Shown here: in pieces, positions 1 through 9,627 of the stretch | Layout of the letters: the number at the start of each line of letters is the position of its first letter | Position numbering within the stretch: position 1 is the stretch's first letter | Assembly: GCA_963764515.1 (NCBI GenBank) | Contig: CAVXSS010000001.1 | Span: 194,677 to 258,676 of the forward strand | Length of the DNA stretch: 64,000 nt | Direction: 5' to 3' | Source of the DNA: an uncultured Chloroflexia bacterium | GTDB lineage: Bacteria; Chloroflexota; Limnocylindria; Limnocylindrales; CSP1-4 | The notes under the pieces: generated by a model | The model's input: the letters and a program-made list of their open reading frames with translations, nothing else | Told to the model about the DNA's origin: nothing | Databases searched by the model: none | Position numbers and translations under genes: made by a program

Positions 1-65
1 TCAGCGGCGACCTCGGCCTCGGCACGGCCCAGCTGCTCGTCCGTCATCCGGTGTTCGTCCGCCAT
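1..65 (-). CDS. Partial CDS of unknown function. It starts with ATG at 65 (MADEHRMTDEQLGRAEAEVAA...) and runs off the window edge.
   Basis: The ATG lies 14 nt downstream of the M16 peptidase stop on the same strand. Only 21 codons are visible, with no stop before position 1. Confidence 0.2.
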   Translation of the reverse strand, partial: MADEHRMTDEQLGRAEAEVAA

Positions 66-78
66 CGTCGCGCCTCGG

Positions 79-1347
79 TCAGCCCGGCAGCCGGAGCCGC
101 GACTCGAGCCCGCGGAGACTGCGGGCCGGCGCGACCGCGGCCAGCCTGAGCGCGTCGTCGTGGAAGAGTCGACCGGCCAGCGCCTGGACCTCCTCCGCGC
201 CCACGGCTGTCACCGCGTCGAGTGCCTCGTCCAGGGTGAGGACCCGGTCGTGTAACGCTTCCTGCCCGCCGATCCACGAAGCGACGTGGCGCGTGTCGTC
301 CATGCGCAGCTCCATGCCGCCCGAAAGGTAACGCTTGGCCTTCTCCAGCTCTTCCGGGGGAACCGGCTCGTCGCGCAGCCGCGCGAGCTCGGCGAGGATC
401 GCCTTGAGCGCGGCGCGGATGCCCGCCGGATCCACGCCGGCCGAGATCTCCAAGGCTCCGGCATCGGCGTAGTCGACGAGACCGGACGAGACGTCGTAGG
501 CGAGACCGCGTTCCTCCCGCACCGACAGGAAGAGCCGGCTGCTCATCCCGTCCCCGAGCACGGCGTTGAGCACGGCCAGCGCCCAGCTGTCCGGATGGTC
601 ACGGTGCAGGGCAGGGAGACCGAGCACGAGCTGGGCCTGCGCGGTGTCCCGCTTGCCCACGGCGATCCTCGGGCCGGCCGGGAGCACCGGCGCCGGCGCG
701 AACCCGTGTATCGCGCCGTTGCCGGTGCCGAACGCCGCTCCGACGAGACCGACCGCGTCCGCGTGCGCCAGGTCACCGGCGACCGCCACCACGGTATTGG
801 CGGGCCGGTATGCCGACCGCCAGAAGGAGCGGATCGTCTTGACGCGGAGTGCCCGGATGCCCTCCTCGTCACCGCAGATCTCACGGCCCAGCGGGCCATC
901 GCCGAAGAGGGCCGTCTGGAACAGGATGTGGCAGTACTCCGACGGATCGTCGAGATAGGACCGGATCTCCTCGACGATGATCGTCCGCTCGTTCTCGATC
1001 TCGCGCTTCGCGAGCGTCGGGCGCACGATCAATTCCCCGAGGACGTCCACCGCTCGGGCGGCCTCCCGCCGCGGGACTCGGACCCAGTAGACCGTCGACT
1101 CGCGATCGGTGGCGGCGTTGAACGAGCCGCCGACACCCTCGATCGCCTCACTGATGGCCCGCGTCGTCGGGTAGCCCGACGTCCCCTTGAACGTCAGGTG
1201 CTCCATGAAATGCGCGACCCCGGCCTCATCGTCGGTCTCGAACCGCGAGCCGGCCAGGACGTACGCGGCGATGGAAACCGAGCGCGCACCGGGCATCCGG
1301 GCGCTGATGACGCGCGGCCCTAACGCCAGCGCCGTCCGTTCGAACAT
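79..1347 (-). CDS. M16 family zinc peptidase (pitrilysin/insulinase-like)
   Basis: 422-aa ORF. The N-terminus carries the inverted zinc-binding motif HFMEHLTFKGT (HxxEH) typical of M16 peptidases, and length and architecture fit. Confidence 0.85.
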   Translation of the reverse strand: MFERTALALGPRVISARMPGARSVSIAAYVLAGSRFETDDEAGVAHFMEHLTFKGTSGYPTTRAISEAIEGVGGSFNAATDRESTVYWVRVPRREAARAVDVLGELIVRPTLAKREIENERTIIVEEIRSYLDDPSEYCHILFQTALFGDGPLGREICGDEEGIRALRVKTIRSFWRSAYRPANTVVAVAGDLAHADAVGLVGAAFGTGNGAIHGFAPAPVLPAGPRIAVGKRDTAQAQLVLGLPALHRDHPDSWALAVLNAVLGDGMSSRLFLSVREERGLAYDVSSGLVDYADAGALEISAGVDPAGIRAALKAILAELARLRDEPVPPEELEKAKRYLSGGMELRMDDTRHVASWIGGQEALHDRVLTLDEALDAVTAVGAEEVQALAGRLFHDDALRLAAVAPARSLRGLESRLRLPG

Positions 1348-1422
1348 CGCCGCGATGGTACAGGAACGGCGACGGCGCCCCGGCTCGGAGGTCGGGGCGC
1401 CCCTCGTGCCCGGGGGGAGAGG

Positions 1423-2763
1423 CTAGTTCGGCAGGACCGCCGGCAGCCACTCCTGCGCGAAGAACACCAGGAATGCAACGCTGACCAGCCACATCAGCAG
1501 ATGGACCTCGCCGATCTTGCCCTTGACGACCTTGATCAGCACCCAGCTGATGAAGCCGGCGCCGATCCCGACCGTGATGTCGTAGGTCAGCGGCATGAGG
1601 ATCATCGTCAGCAGAGCCGGGAGACCCTCCTCGAAATCGCCGACCGGGATGTCCTTGACGAGCGTGAACATGAGGTAGCCGACGAGGACGAGGGCCGGCG
1701 CGGTCGCGACCCCGGGCACGATGCCCGCGATCGGCGTGAGGACGATCGCCAGGAGGAACAGGACGCCCGTCACGACGGAGGTGAATCCCGTCCGCCCTCC
1801 CTCGGCGACGCCGGCGGCGCTCTCGATATATGTCGTGTTGGATGAGGTCCCGGCCAGGCCACCGACGGCGGCCGCGACGGAGTCGACCAGCAGCACTCGA
1901 CTCACCCCTGGGACCGAGCCGTCCTCGTTCGCGAGACCGGCTTCGGCGGCGACCGCGGTCACGGTCCCCATCGTGTCGAAGAAGTCGGTGAGCAGGATCG
2001 CGAAGATCGTCAGGATCGCGATCAACGGCCCGAGCGTCCAGACGTTCCCGAGATCGAACTTGCCGAGCGTCGAGAAGTCCGGGGTCGCGGTGAAATCCGT
2101 CGGGATCGTCGCCACGCCCGCGATGAGCGCGATGATCGTGGTCAGGAAGATGCTGATCAGCAGAGCGGCAGGGATCCGCAGTGCATACAGGGAGATCGTG
2201 ATGAGGAGGCCAGCGATGAACACGAATTGCGAAGGCGTCGTCGGGTAGGCGACCGCGACGAGCGTGCCGCTGCCTCCCTTGATCAGCCCGCCATTGGCAA
2301 ACCCGATGAACAGGATGAAGAGGCCGATGCCGACACCGATCGCTCGCTTCAGCGACAAGGGGACGGCATTCATGATCGCCTCGCGCATACCGGCGAGCAC
2401 CAGCAGCGTGACGACGACGCCTTCGATGACGATGACGCCCATGGCACCGGCCGGCGTGAGCCCCTTCGCGATCAGGGTGAAGGCCACGATGCCATTGATG
2501 CCGAGCCCTGCCGCCAGGGCGAACGGGTAGTTCCCGACGACGCCCATCGCGATGGTCATCACCCCGGCCACCAGGGCGGTCGCGGCGGCGAGCGCCGGGA
2601 AGGTGAAGGCGGGATCGGCGTCCTTGAAGCCGGCCGTCAGGATCGACGGGTTCACGAAGATGATGTAGGCCATGACCATGAACGTGGTCAGACCCGCCTT
2701 TGCCTCCGTGCCCAAGTTCGTGCTGCGCTCGGAGAACTTGAAATACGACGCGATCGCGTCCAC
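1423..2763 (-). CDS. NCS2 family purine permease (AzgA/PbuG-like guanine/hypoxanthine permease)
   Basis: Multi-TM protein with the conserved N-terminal block SYFKFSERSTNLGTEAKAGLTTFMVMAYIIFVNPSIL of the AzgA family. The GTG start at 2763 was chosen because a GGAGGGA RBS sits 6 nt upstream. The longer ORF start at 2952 adds a non-protein-like Arg/Ser-rich extension. Confidence 0.85.
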   Translation of the reverse strand: MDAIASYFKFSERSTNLGTEAKAGLTTFMVMAYIIFVNPSILTAGFKDADPAFTFPALAAATALVAGVMTIAMGVVGNYPFALAAGLGINGIVAFTLIAKGLTPAGAMGVIVIEGVVVTLLVLAGMREAIMNAVPLSLKRAIGVGIGLFILFIGFANGGLIKGGSGTLVAVAYPTTPSQFVFIAGLLITISLYALRIPAALLISIFLTTIIALIAGVATIPTDFTATPDFSTLGKFDLGNVWTLGPLIAILTIFAILLTDFFDTMGTVTAVAAEAGLANEDGSVPGVSRVLLVDSVAAAVGGLAGTSSNTTYIESAAGVAEGGRTGFTSVVTGVLFLLAIVLTPIAGIVPGVATAPALVLVGYLMFTLVKDIPVGDFEEGLPALLTMILMPLTYDITVGIGAGFISWVLIKVVKGKIGEVHLLMWLVSVAFLVFFAQEWLPAVLPN

Positions 2764-2899
2764 GCGTGCAACTCCCTCCTGGAGCGGTCGCGCCGAGTCC
2801 TGGGCTGGCTCGGACCGCGCCGCCGCCCGAACGAGCGGCCGTCCCGCGACGCCGCCTTCCCAACCCCCTGGTCGGACCGGTCCGACCCCTCCGGATCCG

Positions 2900-3274
2900 C
2901 TACTCGTCCTCGTGGGCGTCGAGGCTGAGCAGCTCCATCTGGACGTAGTCACGCATCTCGAACGTGAGCTGGGTCGGCGCGAACGGGGACGTGTCGTCGC
3001 TGCCCGGGCCCACCGGCGCGAACTCCACGATCACCCGCTCGTCGCCCTGGACGAGCGCGTAGACCAGTAACTGGTCGGGCCGCGTCTCGAACTCGAGGTG
3101 CTCGAACGAGTCGATGTTCAGCGTGATCGCGAGGGGCGTGAAGTACGTCGAGGTGTCGTCGGCGTCGACGACGATCCGTTCGACCCAGCCCGTCCCGTGC
3201 GAGACGACCTCGCGGCCGCGCATGTACCGGTAGCTGACGGTCTGCTTCAGCAGCGGACGGAGGAGGTGGAGCAT
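2900..3274 (-). CDS. Hypothetical acidic protein (~124 aa), transcribed divergently from coaX
   Basis: Only the C-terminal 124 codons of the 339-aa ORF look protein-like (MLHLLRPLLKQTVSYRYMRGREVV...LSLDAHEDE). The ATG at 3274 was chosen for that reason. I do not recognise a family. Confidence 0.4.
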   Translation of the reverse strand: MLHLLRPLLKQTVSYRYMRGREVVSHGTGWVERIVVDADDTSTYFTPLAITLNIDSFEHLEFETRPDQLLVYALVQGDERVIVEFAPVGPGSDDTSPFAPTQLTFEMRDYVQMELLSLDAHEDE

Positions 3275-3587
3275 GTCCGTCCGACTCGTCACGACACCCT
3301 GGTTCACGAAGAACTTGGCGGCCGCCGGGGTCGTCACTGGTCGTCTCCAAGGCACGGAGGATGGACGAGTGCGCCGATGGTACCGCACGGCGATGGTGCC
3401 GATACATGTCGGGACGCGAGGGATCAGCTCACCGTGATGCGACCGTAGGCGATGCCGTCCCCCGCCAGGCATGCGGTCTCCCAGCCGATCGACGGCGCCG
3501 CTGAAACGGCGATGAGTTGGCAGCGACGAGGGCATGCCGCGGGCGATCGGGCGGGGCCACCCGGATGGGCCGCGTATCATCGGCCCC

Positions 3588-4400
3588 ATGCTCCTCGCCC
3601 TCGACATCGGCAACACGAACGTCACGCTCGGGCTGTTCCGGGCGGGCGCGCTCGTCACGACCCGCCGCGCGGCGACCAACCCGCGCGCGAGCGCCGATGA
3701 GTTCGAGGCGCTGCTCGGTGCGCTCCTGCGCCTCGACGACGCGTCGCTCGCCGACGTCTCCGCGATGGTCGCCGCGTCCGTGGTCCCGAGCGTGACCGCC
3801 GCGATCGAGTCGGTCGCCGCGCGCCGCGAGCGACCGCTCCTGCTCGCGACCGCGGGGACGGTGCCGCTGGCCGTGCGCGTCGACCGCCCCGACGAGGTCG
3901 GGGCCGACCGCCTGGTCAATGCGCTGGCGGCGGGACGGATCTACGGCACGCCCGCGGTCGTCGTCGACTTCGGCACCGCGACGACACTCGACTGCGTCGC
4001 CGCCGACGGCGCATACGTGGGGGGCGCGATCGCCCCGGGCCTCGAACTCGGCCTCGAGGCGCTCGCGTCCCGGACCGCCAAGCTGCCGCGAATCGAGTTG
4101 CGAGCGCCGCACCGGGCGATCGGGCGCGACACGGTGTCGGCCATGCAGTCGGGCACGGTGTTCGGATACCAGGCCCTCGCGAGCGGCCTGCTCGCGCGCG
4201 TGCGGGCCGAACTCGCCGAGATGGGCGGCGTGGCGCCCGCGGACGTTCGGGCGATCCTGACCGGCGGGCTGTCCGGCGCACCCTGGGCGCAGGCGCTCCC
4301 GGGCGTCGATGCGATCGACCCCGACCTGACGCTCAAGGGCCTCGCGATCCTCCACGCCGAGGTCGTCGCCGGCCAGCGCCTGGAGCTCGGCCTGCCGTGA
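3588..4400 (+). CDS. coaX: Type III pantothenate kinase
   Basis: MLLALDIGNTNVTLGLF N-terminus (the DIGNT phosphate-binding motif of the Bvg accessory factor/CoaX family) and a ~270-aa length. The stop overlaps the coaBC start in a GTGA arrangement. Confidence 0.9.
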   Translation: MLLALDIGNTNVTLGLFRAGALVTTRRAATNPRASADEFEALLGALLRLDDASLADVSAMVAASVVPSVTAAIESVAARRERPLLLATAGTVPLAVRVDRPDEVGADRLVNALAAGRIYGTPAVVVDFGTATTLDCVAADGAYVGGAIAPGLELGLEALASRTAKLPRIELRAPHRAIGRDTVSAMQSGTVFGYQALASGLLARVRAELAEMGGVAPADVRAILTGGLSGAPWAQALPGVDAIDPDLTLKGLAILHAEVVAGQRLELGLP

Positions 4401-5779
4401 CCGGACGGCTCGATGGACGGCTCATCGCCCTCGGGGTGACCGGTTCGATCGCCGCCTACAAGGCCGTCGAGTTGCTGCGCCTCCTGACGGCCGAGGGTGC
4501 CGACGTCGCGGTGATGCTCTCGTCCGCGGCGACCCGGTTCGTCGGGCCGCTCTCGTTCGCCGCCCTCTCCCGTCATCCGGTCGAGACCGAGGTGCTGGAC
4601 CTCCTGCCCGACGGGCGGATCGGCCACATCGTCCTCGCCGATTCGGCCGATGTCATCGTCGTCGCCCCGGCGACCGCCCACTGGCTGGCCGCGATGGCCA
4701 CCGGCCTGGCCGCCGACGTCATCACCGCGACCTGTCTCGCCACGTCGGCACCGATCGTCGTCGCGCCGGCGATGGACGGCGACATGTGGACGCACCCGGC
4801 CACGAGGACGAACACCGCGCGGCTGCGCGACGACTTCGGCTATCGCATCGTCGAGCCCGGGGCCGGGCCGCTGGCATCGGGCCAGTCGGGCGTCGGGCGC
4901 TTGGCCGACCTCGAGGCGATCGTCGACGCGGTCGTCGAGGCCGTTGCGGACCTGCCGGTCCGCGCCCCGGACGGGGCCGCGCGCCCGCCGCTGGTCGGGC
5001 CGGGGCGAGACGCGGACCTCACGGGCCGCCATCTGGTCGTGACGGCCGGCGGCACCCGCGAGCCGATCGATCCGGTTCGCTTCATCGGCAACCGCTCGAC
5101 CGGGAAGATGGGTGTCGCGGTCGTCCGGGCGGCCCTCGACCGGGGGGCGCGGGTGACGCTCCTCGCCGCGAACCTCGAAGTGCCCGTCCCCGAGGATGCC
5201 GAGCTTGCCGTGGTCCGGGCCGAATCCACGGCCGACCTGCGGGCCGCTCTTCTTCGGGCGACGACGAGCGATGGCGAGCGAGCCGGCTTCGATGCTCTGA
5301 TCATGGCCGCGGCCGTCGCGGACTTCCGCCCCAGCGGGGCCGCGGACCGCAAACTGGAGCGTGGCGGACCGCTCAGCCTGGAGCTCGAGCCGACGCCCGA
5401 CCTGCTCGCCGAGATCGGACGGATCAGCCATGGGCTGGACGCCGACGACGCGCCGACCCGGCGGCCACTCCAGCCGCCTCCCTTCCTCGTGGCGTTCGCC
5501 GCCGAGACCGGGTCCCTGGACCGGGCCGCGGACAAGCTCCGCCGAAAGGGCGCCGACCTCCTCGTCGCGAACGACGTCGCGGAGGCGGGCTCCGGGTTCG
5601 GGACCGACACCAACCGGGTCGCGATCCTCGCCGCCGACGGCACGCGCGACGACCTGCCGCTGCTCACCAAACGGGAGGTCGCCGACGCCATCCTCGATCG
5701 TGTCGCTCGCGCGCTGGACGAGCGCGATGCCGCCGCGCAGACTGGAAGAAGCACCGAACCCGCTCGGGAGCCAGCATGA
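4397..5779 (+). CDS. coaBC: Bifunctional phosphopantothenoylcysteine decarboxylase / phosphopantothenate-cysteine ligase (Dfp)
   Basis: N-terminal flavoprotein block LIALGVTGSIAAYKAVELLRLL and a C-terminal CoaB domain (LVVTAGGTREPIDPVRFIGNRSTGKMG). 460 aa. The stop overlaps the panB start (ATGA). Confidence 0.9.
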   Translation: MTGRLDGRLIALGVTGSIAAYKAVELLRLLTAEGADVAVMLSSAATRFVGPLSFAALSRHPVETEVLDLLPDGRIGHIVLADSADVIVVAPATAHWLAAMATGLAADVITATCLATSAPIVVAPAMDGDMWTHPATRTNTARLRDDFGYRIVEPGAGPLASGQSGVGRLADLEAIVDAVVEAVADLPVRAPDGAARPPLVGPGRDADLTGRHLVVTAGGTREPIDPVRFIGNRSTGKMGVAVVRAALDRGARVTLLAANLEVPVPEDAELAVVRAESTADLRAALLRATTSDGERAGFDALIMAAAVADFRPSGAADRKLERGGPLSLELEPTPDLLAEIGRISHGLDADDAPTRRPLQPPPFLVAFAAETGSLDRAADKLRRKGADLLVANDVAEAGSGFGTDTNRVAILAADGTRDDLPLLTKREVADAILDRVARALDERDAAAQTGRSTEPAREPA

Positions 5780-6690
5780 GCGTCACCAACGACACCCCGA
5801 AACGCCTCAACGTCGTCGACATCGCCAAGCGATACGCCGATGGCGAACGGCTGCCGATGCTCACGGCCTACGACTTCCCGACCGCGAAGCTGCTCGACGA
5901 GGCCGGCATCCCGCTCCTGCTCGTTGGCGACTCGCTCGGCCAGGTCGTGCTTGGCTACGAGACGACCGTCCGCGTCACGATGGCCGAGATGCTCCACCAC
6001 ACGAAGGCCGTCGTTCGCGGTTCGCAGCGAGCCATGGTCATCGCGGACATGCCGTTCCTCTCCTATTCGACGGCCGACGAGGCCCTCGAGAACGCCGGGG
6101 TCTTCCTGCGCGATGCGGGTGCCCAGGCGGTCAAGGTGGAAGGCGGCGTCCGCACTGCTCGGATCATCGAGACGCTCGTCCGCGCCGGGATCCCGGTGAT
6201 GGGCCACATCGGGCTGACGCCCCAGTCCATCAACACCATCGGCAAGCACCGCGTCCAGGGCAAGGATCGCAACCAGGCTCGCGCCCTGCTGGCGGACGCG
6301 CAGGCCGTCCAGGAAGCGGGTGCCTTCTCGATGGTCGTGGAGCTCGTGCCCGAACAGCTCGCCGCGGCGATCACCGAGCGCCTGCGGGTGCCGACGATCG
6401 GCATCGGGGCCGGCCCCGGGTGTAGCGGCCAGGTCCAGGTCATCACCGATCTGATCGGCCTCGGCGATTTCTTCCCCCGCCATGCCCGTCCGTATGCCCA
6501 TGTCAGGGAGGCTATCCTCGAGGCCGCACGGTCATACGCGGCCGATGTCGCCGCCGGGACGTTCCCAGGTGCTGCGGAGACCGTCCGGATGGACGAGACC
6601 GTGCTCGACGAGGTCCTCGGTCGCGGCTCCTCGGATCAACCGGCGGGATCGATGCCGGTCGGCGGGATCCCGCTCGACCGCGATCTCTGA
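5776..6690 (+). CDS. panB: 3-methyl-2-oxobutanoate hydroxymethyltransferase (ketopantoate hydroxymethyltransferase)
   Basis: 304-aa C-terminal part of the 634-aa track ORF. Motifs LTAYDFPTAKLLDEAGIPLLLVGDSLGQVVLGYETT and MGHIGLTPQS are present. The ATG at 5776 overlaps the coaBC stop. Confidence 0.9.
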   Translation: MSVTNDTPKRLNVVDIAKRYADGERLPMLTAYDFPTAKLLDEAGIPLLLVGDSLGQVVLGYETTVRVTMAEMLHHTKAVVRGSQRAMVIADMPFLSYSTADEALENAGVFLRDAGAQAVKVEGGVRTARIIETLVRAGIPVMGHIGLTPQSINTIGKHRVQGKDRNQARALLADAQAVQEAGAFSMVVELVPEQLAAAITERLRVPTIGIGAGPGCSGQVQVITDLIGLGDFFPRHARPYAHVREAILEAARSYAADVAAGTFPGAAETVRMDETVLDEVLGRGSSDQPAGSMPVGGIPLDRDL

Positions 6691-6740
6691 GCGCCGACGC
6701 GCCGCCCACGCCCGCGCCAGGGCTGTTGGGTGAGCGGCAC

Positions 6741-7592
6741 GTGACCCGGGTGCTGCGGACGCGCTCAGAGTTGCGCGACGCGCTCGCCTCGGCCCCCCGG
6801 CCGGTCGGTCTCGTCCCGACCATGGGCTGGCTCCACGACGGCCACCGGGCGCTCATGCAGCGGGCTCGCAGCGCGGACGCGACCACGGTCGTGTCGATCT
6901 TCATCAACCCGCGCCAGTTCAACGAGCCGGTCGACTACGAGCGGTACCCGCGCAACGAGGCACGGGACCTCGCGATCTGCGAGGCCGAGGGCGTCGATCT
7001 CGTCTGGGTGCCGCCCGTCGATGAGGTCTACCCGCCGGGCTCCGATACGGCCGTCCACGTCGGGGCGATCGCCGGACCCCTCGAGGGCGCGGCGCGACCC
7101 GGTCACTTCGACGGTGTCGCCACCGTGGTCGCGATCCTGTTCGGCGTGGTCGGGGCCGAGCATGCGTACTTCGGGCAGAAGGATGCGCAACAGGTGATGG
7201 TCATCCGCCAGATGGCGCGCGACCTCGCCATCCCGACCGATGTCATCGCCTGTCCCACGGTCCGCGAACCCGACGGGCTCGCCCTCTCGTCGCGCAACGT
7301 CCACCTGACGCCCGAGCAGCGACTCGCGGCAGCCGTCCTGCGCCGGGCCCTGCGGGCGGCTCGGGCGGCGTTCGAGGCCGGCGAGCGTTCTGGCGACGCG
7401 CTCCGAACGACGATGCGCCGGGTCCTTGCGGCCGAGCCGCTGGCCGAGGTGGAGTACGTCTCGGTCGCCGGCGCGACGACGCTCGAGGAGCTCGAGGATG
7501 TCGCCGGCCCGGCCCTGGCATCGCTCGCAGTCCGCTTCGGCACCACCCGGCTCATCGACAACGAGCCGTTGCTGCCCGAGGGATCGGTCTAG
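6741..7592 (+). CDS. panC: Pantoate--beta-alanine ligase (pantothenate synthetase)
   Basis: PTMGWLHDGHRALM (HIGH-like) and FINPRQFNEPVDYERYPR blocks. The start is either TTG at 6726 or GTG at 6741. Confidence 0.9.
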   Translation: MTRVLRTRSELRDALASAPRPVGLVPTMGWLHDGHRALMQRARSADATTVVSIFINPRQFNEPVDYERYPRNEARDLAICEAEGVDLVWVPPVDEVYPPGSDTAVHVGAIAGPLEGAARPGHFDGVATVVAILFGVVGAEHAYFGQKDAQQVMVIRQMARDLAIPTDVIACPTVREPDGLALSSRNVHLTPEQRLAAAVLRRALRAARAAFEAGERSGDALRTTMRRVLAAEPLAEVEYVSVAGATTLEELEDVAGPALASLAVRFGTTRLIDNEPLLPEGSV

Positions 7593-7755
7593 GCCTGTCT
7601 ACCCCGACGGCGACGCGAGCCCGCGGAGCGGCAGCGGCACCATGACCGCCGCGCAACTGTCGTCGCCTATCGGGCACGCCTGTCCGCCCAACGTAACCGT
7701 CCGACCACCGCCAGGGTGGCCGCCGTCAAGCCGATCAGCAGGCGCCGGTGATGCA

Positions 7756-8856
7756 CTAGGCCCTGGCCTCCGTGGCGACGCCGAGGATCCGGTCGATGAA
7801 CAGGTACTCCCATACGAGCGCCTTGATCTCCTCGATCTTGCCGAGGTCCGCGGGGTGGGTCTTGACCAGCAGGTCGTGGACCTCCGACGCCACCGCGTAC
7901 GTGTCCTCGGGCACGAGCGTCGCGAACACATCGGCCCGGCGGATCGATTCGATCACCCGGTCGCTGGGGCGGTAGCCGCCGGAGAGAACGAGGCCGATCG
8001 CGGCTTCCCTCCGATCCCCGTCCCGATGCGCCCCGACGATGGCGGCGATGACGTCCTCCCGGTCGCCGGGCACGATGATCAGGCTGCGCGGCACGATGTG
8101 TTCGAGCATGTGCTCCGGCTCCATCGCACCGATCGCGACGCCGCCGATCACCTGATCGAGGTCGGGGCCCGGATGAAGCGTCTCTCCGTGGACCCCCTCG
8201 AGGACCATGGCCAGGGTCGGGTTGGAGAGGATCGGCCGGTACGGGAGCACGCCGAGCAGCGGGATGCCCTGACGCGCGAGGCCCAGATCGAGGGTCCGGG
8301 CCAGTCCGGGCTTCGCGTCGAGGTCGACCTTGTTCACGATCGCCCCGGCCACGTGGACTCCCTGGCGTTCGAAGAGCGCGGCGTTGAGGACGATCTCGTC
8401 GATCGGACGGCCGACGCCCCCCTCGGACACGATGACCGCCGGCGCACCGATCATCGCGGCGACCGCGGCATTGGACAGCCCGACGACGGCCCCGACACCG
8501 GCGTGACCCGTCCCCTCGATGAGCAGGATGTCCCGGTCGGCGGCGAACGCGGCGTGGGCCGTCCTGATCCGGTCACCCAGGTCCTCCACGACCCGGCCCT
8601 CGATGTAGGCCTGGGTGAAGCCGCGCGGGATGTGGACCGGGCTCATCTGCCCGAGCGGCTCCGCGAGCTGGAACACGCTCTTCATGAGGACCGCGTCCTC
8701 GTCCGCCGGAACGCCATCCTCGATGATGGTTCGCTGGCCGACCGGCTTGATGAACCCCGTCGAGAGGCCGCGCCGGTGGAAGCCGTCGAGGACGCCAAGG
8801 CTGACCGTGGTCTTGCCACGGTTCTGACCGGTCGCGGCGAGGTACACCTGGCGCAT
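7756..8856 (-). CDS. P-loop (AAA_26/CobQ-like) + DRTGG domain protein, resembling the N-terminal domains of long phosphotransacetylases but lacking the PTA_PTB catalytic domain
   Basis: N-terminus VYLAATGQNRGKTTVSLGVLDGFHRRGLSTGFIKPVGQ (P-loop), and a C-terminal DRTGG-like block IIVPGDREDVIAAIVGAHRDGD...GLVLSGG. 366 aa. Confidence 0.65.
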   Translation of the reverse strand: MRQVYLAATGQNRGKTTVSLGVLDGFHRRGLSTGFIKPVGQRTIIEDGVPADEDAVLMKSVFQLAEPLGQMSPVHIPRGFTQAYIEGRVVEDLGDRIRTAHAAFAADRDILLIEGTGHAGVGAVVGLSNAAVAAMIGAPAVIVSEGGVGRPIDEIVLNAALFERQGVHVAGAIVNKVDLDAKPGLARTLDLGLARQGIPLLGVLPYRPILSNPTLAMVLEGVHGETLHPGPDLDQVIGGVAIGAMEPEHMLEHIVPRSLIIVPGDREDVIAAIVGAHRDGDRREAAIGLVLSGGYRPSDRVIESIRRADVFATLVPEDTYAVASEVHDLLVKTHPADLGKIEEIKALVWEYLFIDRILGVATEARA

Positions 8857-8868
8857 CGGGCGCCCGGG

Positions 8869-9474
8869 TCAGGGGTGCGAGGCGGTCTTGCGCTCGATGA
8901 GCGCGAGGGCATCGCGTAGCCGCGACATCGTCTCGGCGTCGACGGCGTCAGGCTCCAGATAAGGCCCGAGCCGCTCCATGATGTCGGCTACGAGTCCCAG
9001 GAAGACGCTGGCGTCCGCGACAAAGAACTGCGGCTCGTTGTTGTAGCGCACGAGGGTCAGCCGACCCTGCAGGACGCGCCGCTCCTCGACGTGCGCGATC
9101 TGCGTCGCGAAGTTGTGGCCCTGGATGCCGTCGGGGTTGTTCAGGAAGTTGAGGGCGTTGTCGATGGCCAGCCCGAACCGGGCACGCCAGGCCACCAGAC
9201 GCTCGTGCACCTCGGACGGGATGCGCACCTCGGCGACCTCGTCGAAGACCTCCGGTGGGACCGTCAGGAGGCCCACGAGGGTGGTTCCGGCACGCGGCCC
9301 GAGCATCACCTGGAGGCTGCGCTCCAGGGTGAAGACCTCCGAGTCGAAGCGAGGGCTCGTGATGACGTCGGTCAACAGGTCCTCGACGTTGTCGAGGATG
9401 CCCGGCTCCGCCACCGCACTGCCCAGATGGAGGATCTCCTCCTTGAACAGGAACTTTTCCTCGTGGTCGTACAT
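8869..9474 (-). CDS. Hypothetical protein (~200 aa), probably co-transcribed downstream of the DRTGG protein (12-nt gap)
   Basis: Protein-like composition from MYDHEEKFLFKEEILHLGS. The start could instead be at 9516. No family recognised. Confidence 0.45.
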   Translation of the reverse strand: MYDHEEKFLFKEEILHLGSAVAEPGILDNVEDLLTDVITSPRFDSEVFTLERSLQVMLGPRAGTTLVGLLTVPPEVFDEVAEVRIPSEVHERLVAWRARFGLAIDNALNFLNNPDGIQGHNFATQIAHVEERRVLQGRLTLVRYNNEPQFFVADASVFLGLVADIMERLGPYLEPDAVDAETMSRLRDALALIERKTASHP

Positions 9475-9574
9475 GGCCGGAATGCTAGCACCGGGCCGGT
9501 GCGAGTCCGGGGGCAAGCAGCGCGCCGTTCAGGCGAGGATCTGCTCGTTCGAGCCCCGGCCGGCGAAACGCGAA

Positions 9575-9601
9575 GCCCCGACCGGTCGAACCGGTCGGGG
9601 C
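9575..9601 (-). terminator. Putative intrinsic terminator hairpin downstream of gdh
   Basis: Perfect 11-bp inverted repeat GCCCCGACCGG-tcgaa-CCGGTCGGGGC, 27 nt after the gdh stop. On the minus strand it is followed by TTCGCGTTTCG, which is only weakly U-rich. Confidence 0.5.
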
Positions 9602-9627
9602 TTCGGGCTGCTCAGGATGCAAGCGAC

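Noticed and set aside
1226-2863. 545-aa minus-strand ORF (and the 2227..2928, 1501..1845 ORFs) overlapping the NCS2 permease gene
   Set aside because: The Arg/Gly/Asp/His-rich low-complexity translation is typical of an out-of-frame reading of GC-rich coding DNA. The permease frame has clear family motifs.
2764-2899. Purine riboswitch upstream of the NCS2 purine permease
   Set aside because: The 5' region is GC-rich and lacks the conserved UAUA/junction features of purine riboswitches.
3941-6501. Long minus-strand ORFs 3941..5431 and 4840..6501 antisense to coaX/coaBC/panB
   Set aside because: Non-protein-like R/G/P-rich composition. The sense-strand genes are unambiguous.
4786-6690. 634-aa track ORF
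   Set aside because: Only the last 304 codons (panB, from the ATG at 5776) are protein-like. The upstream part is an alternate frame of coaBC.
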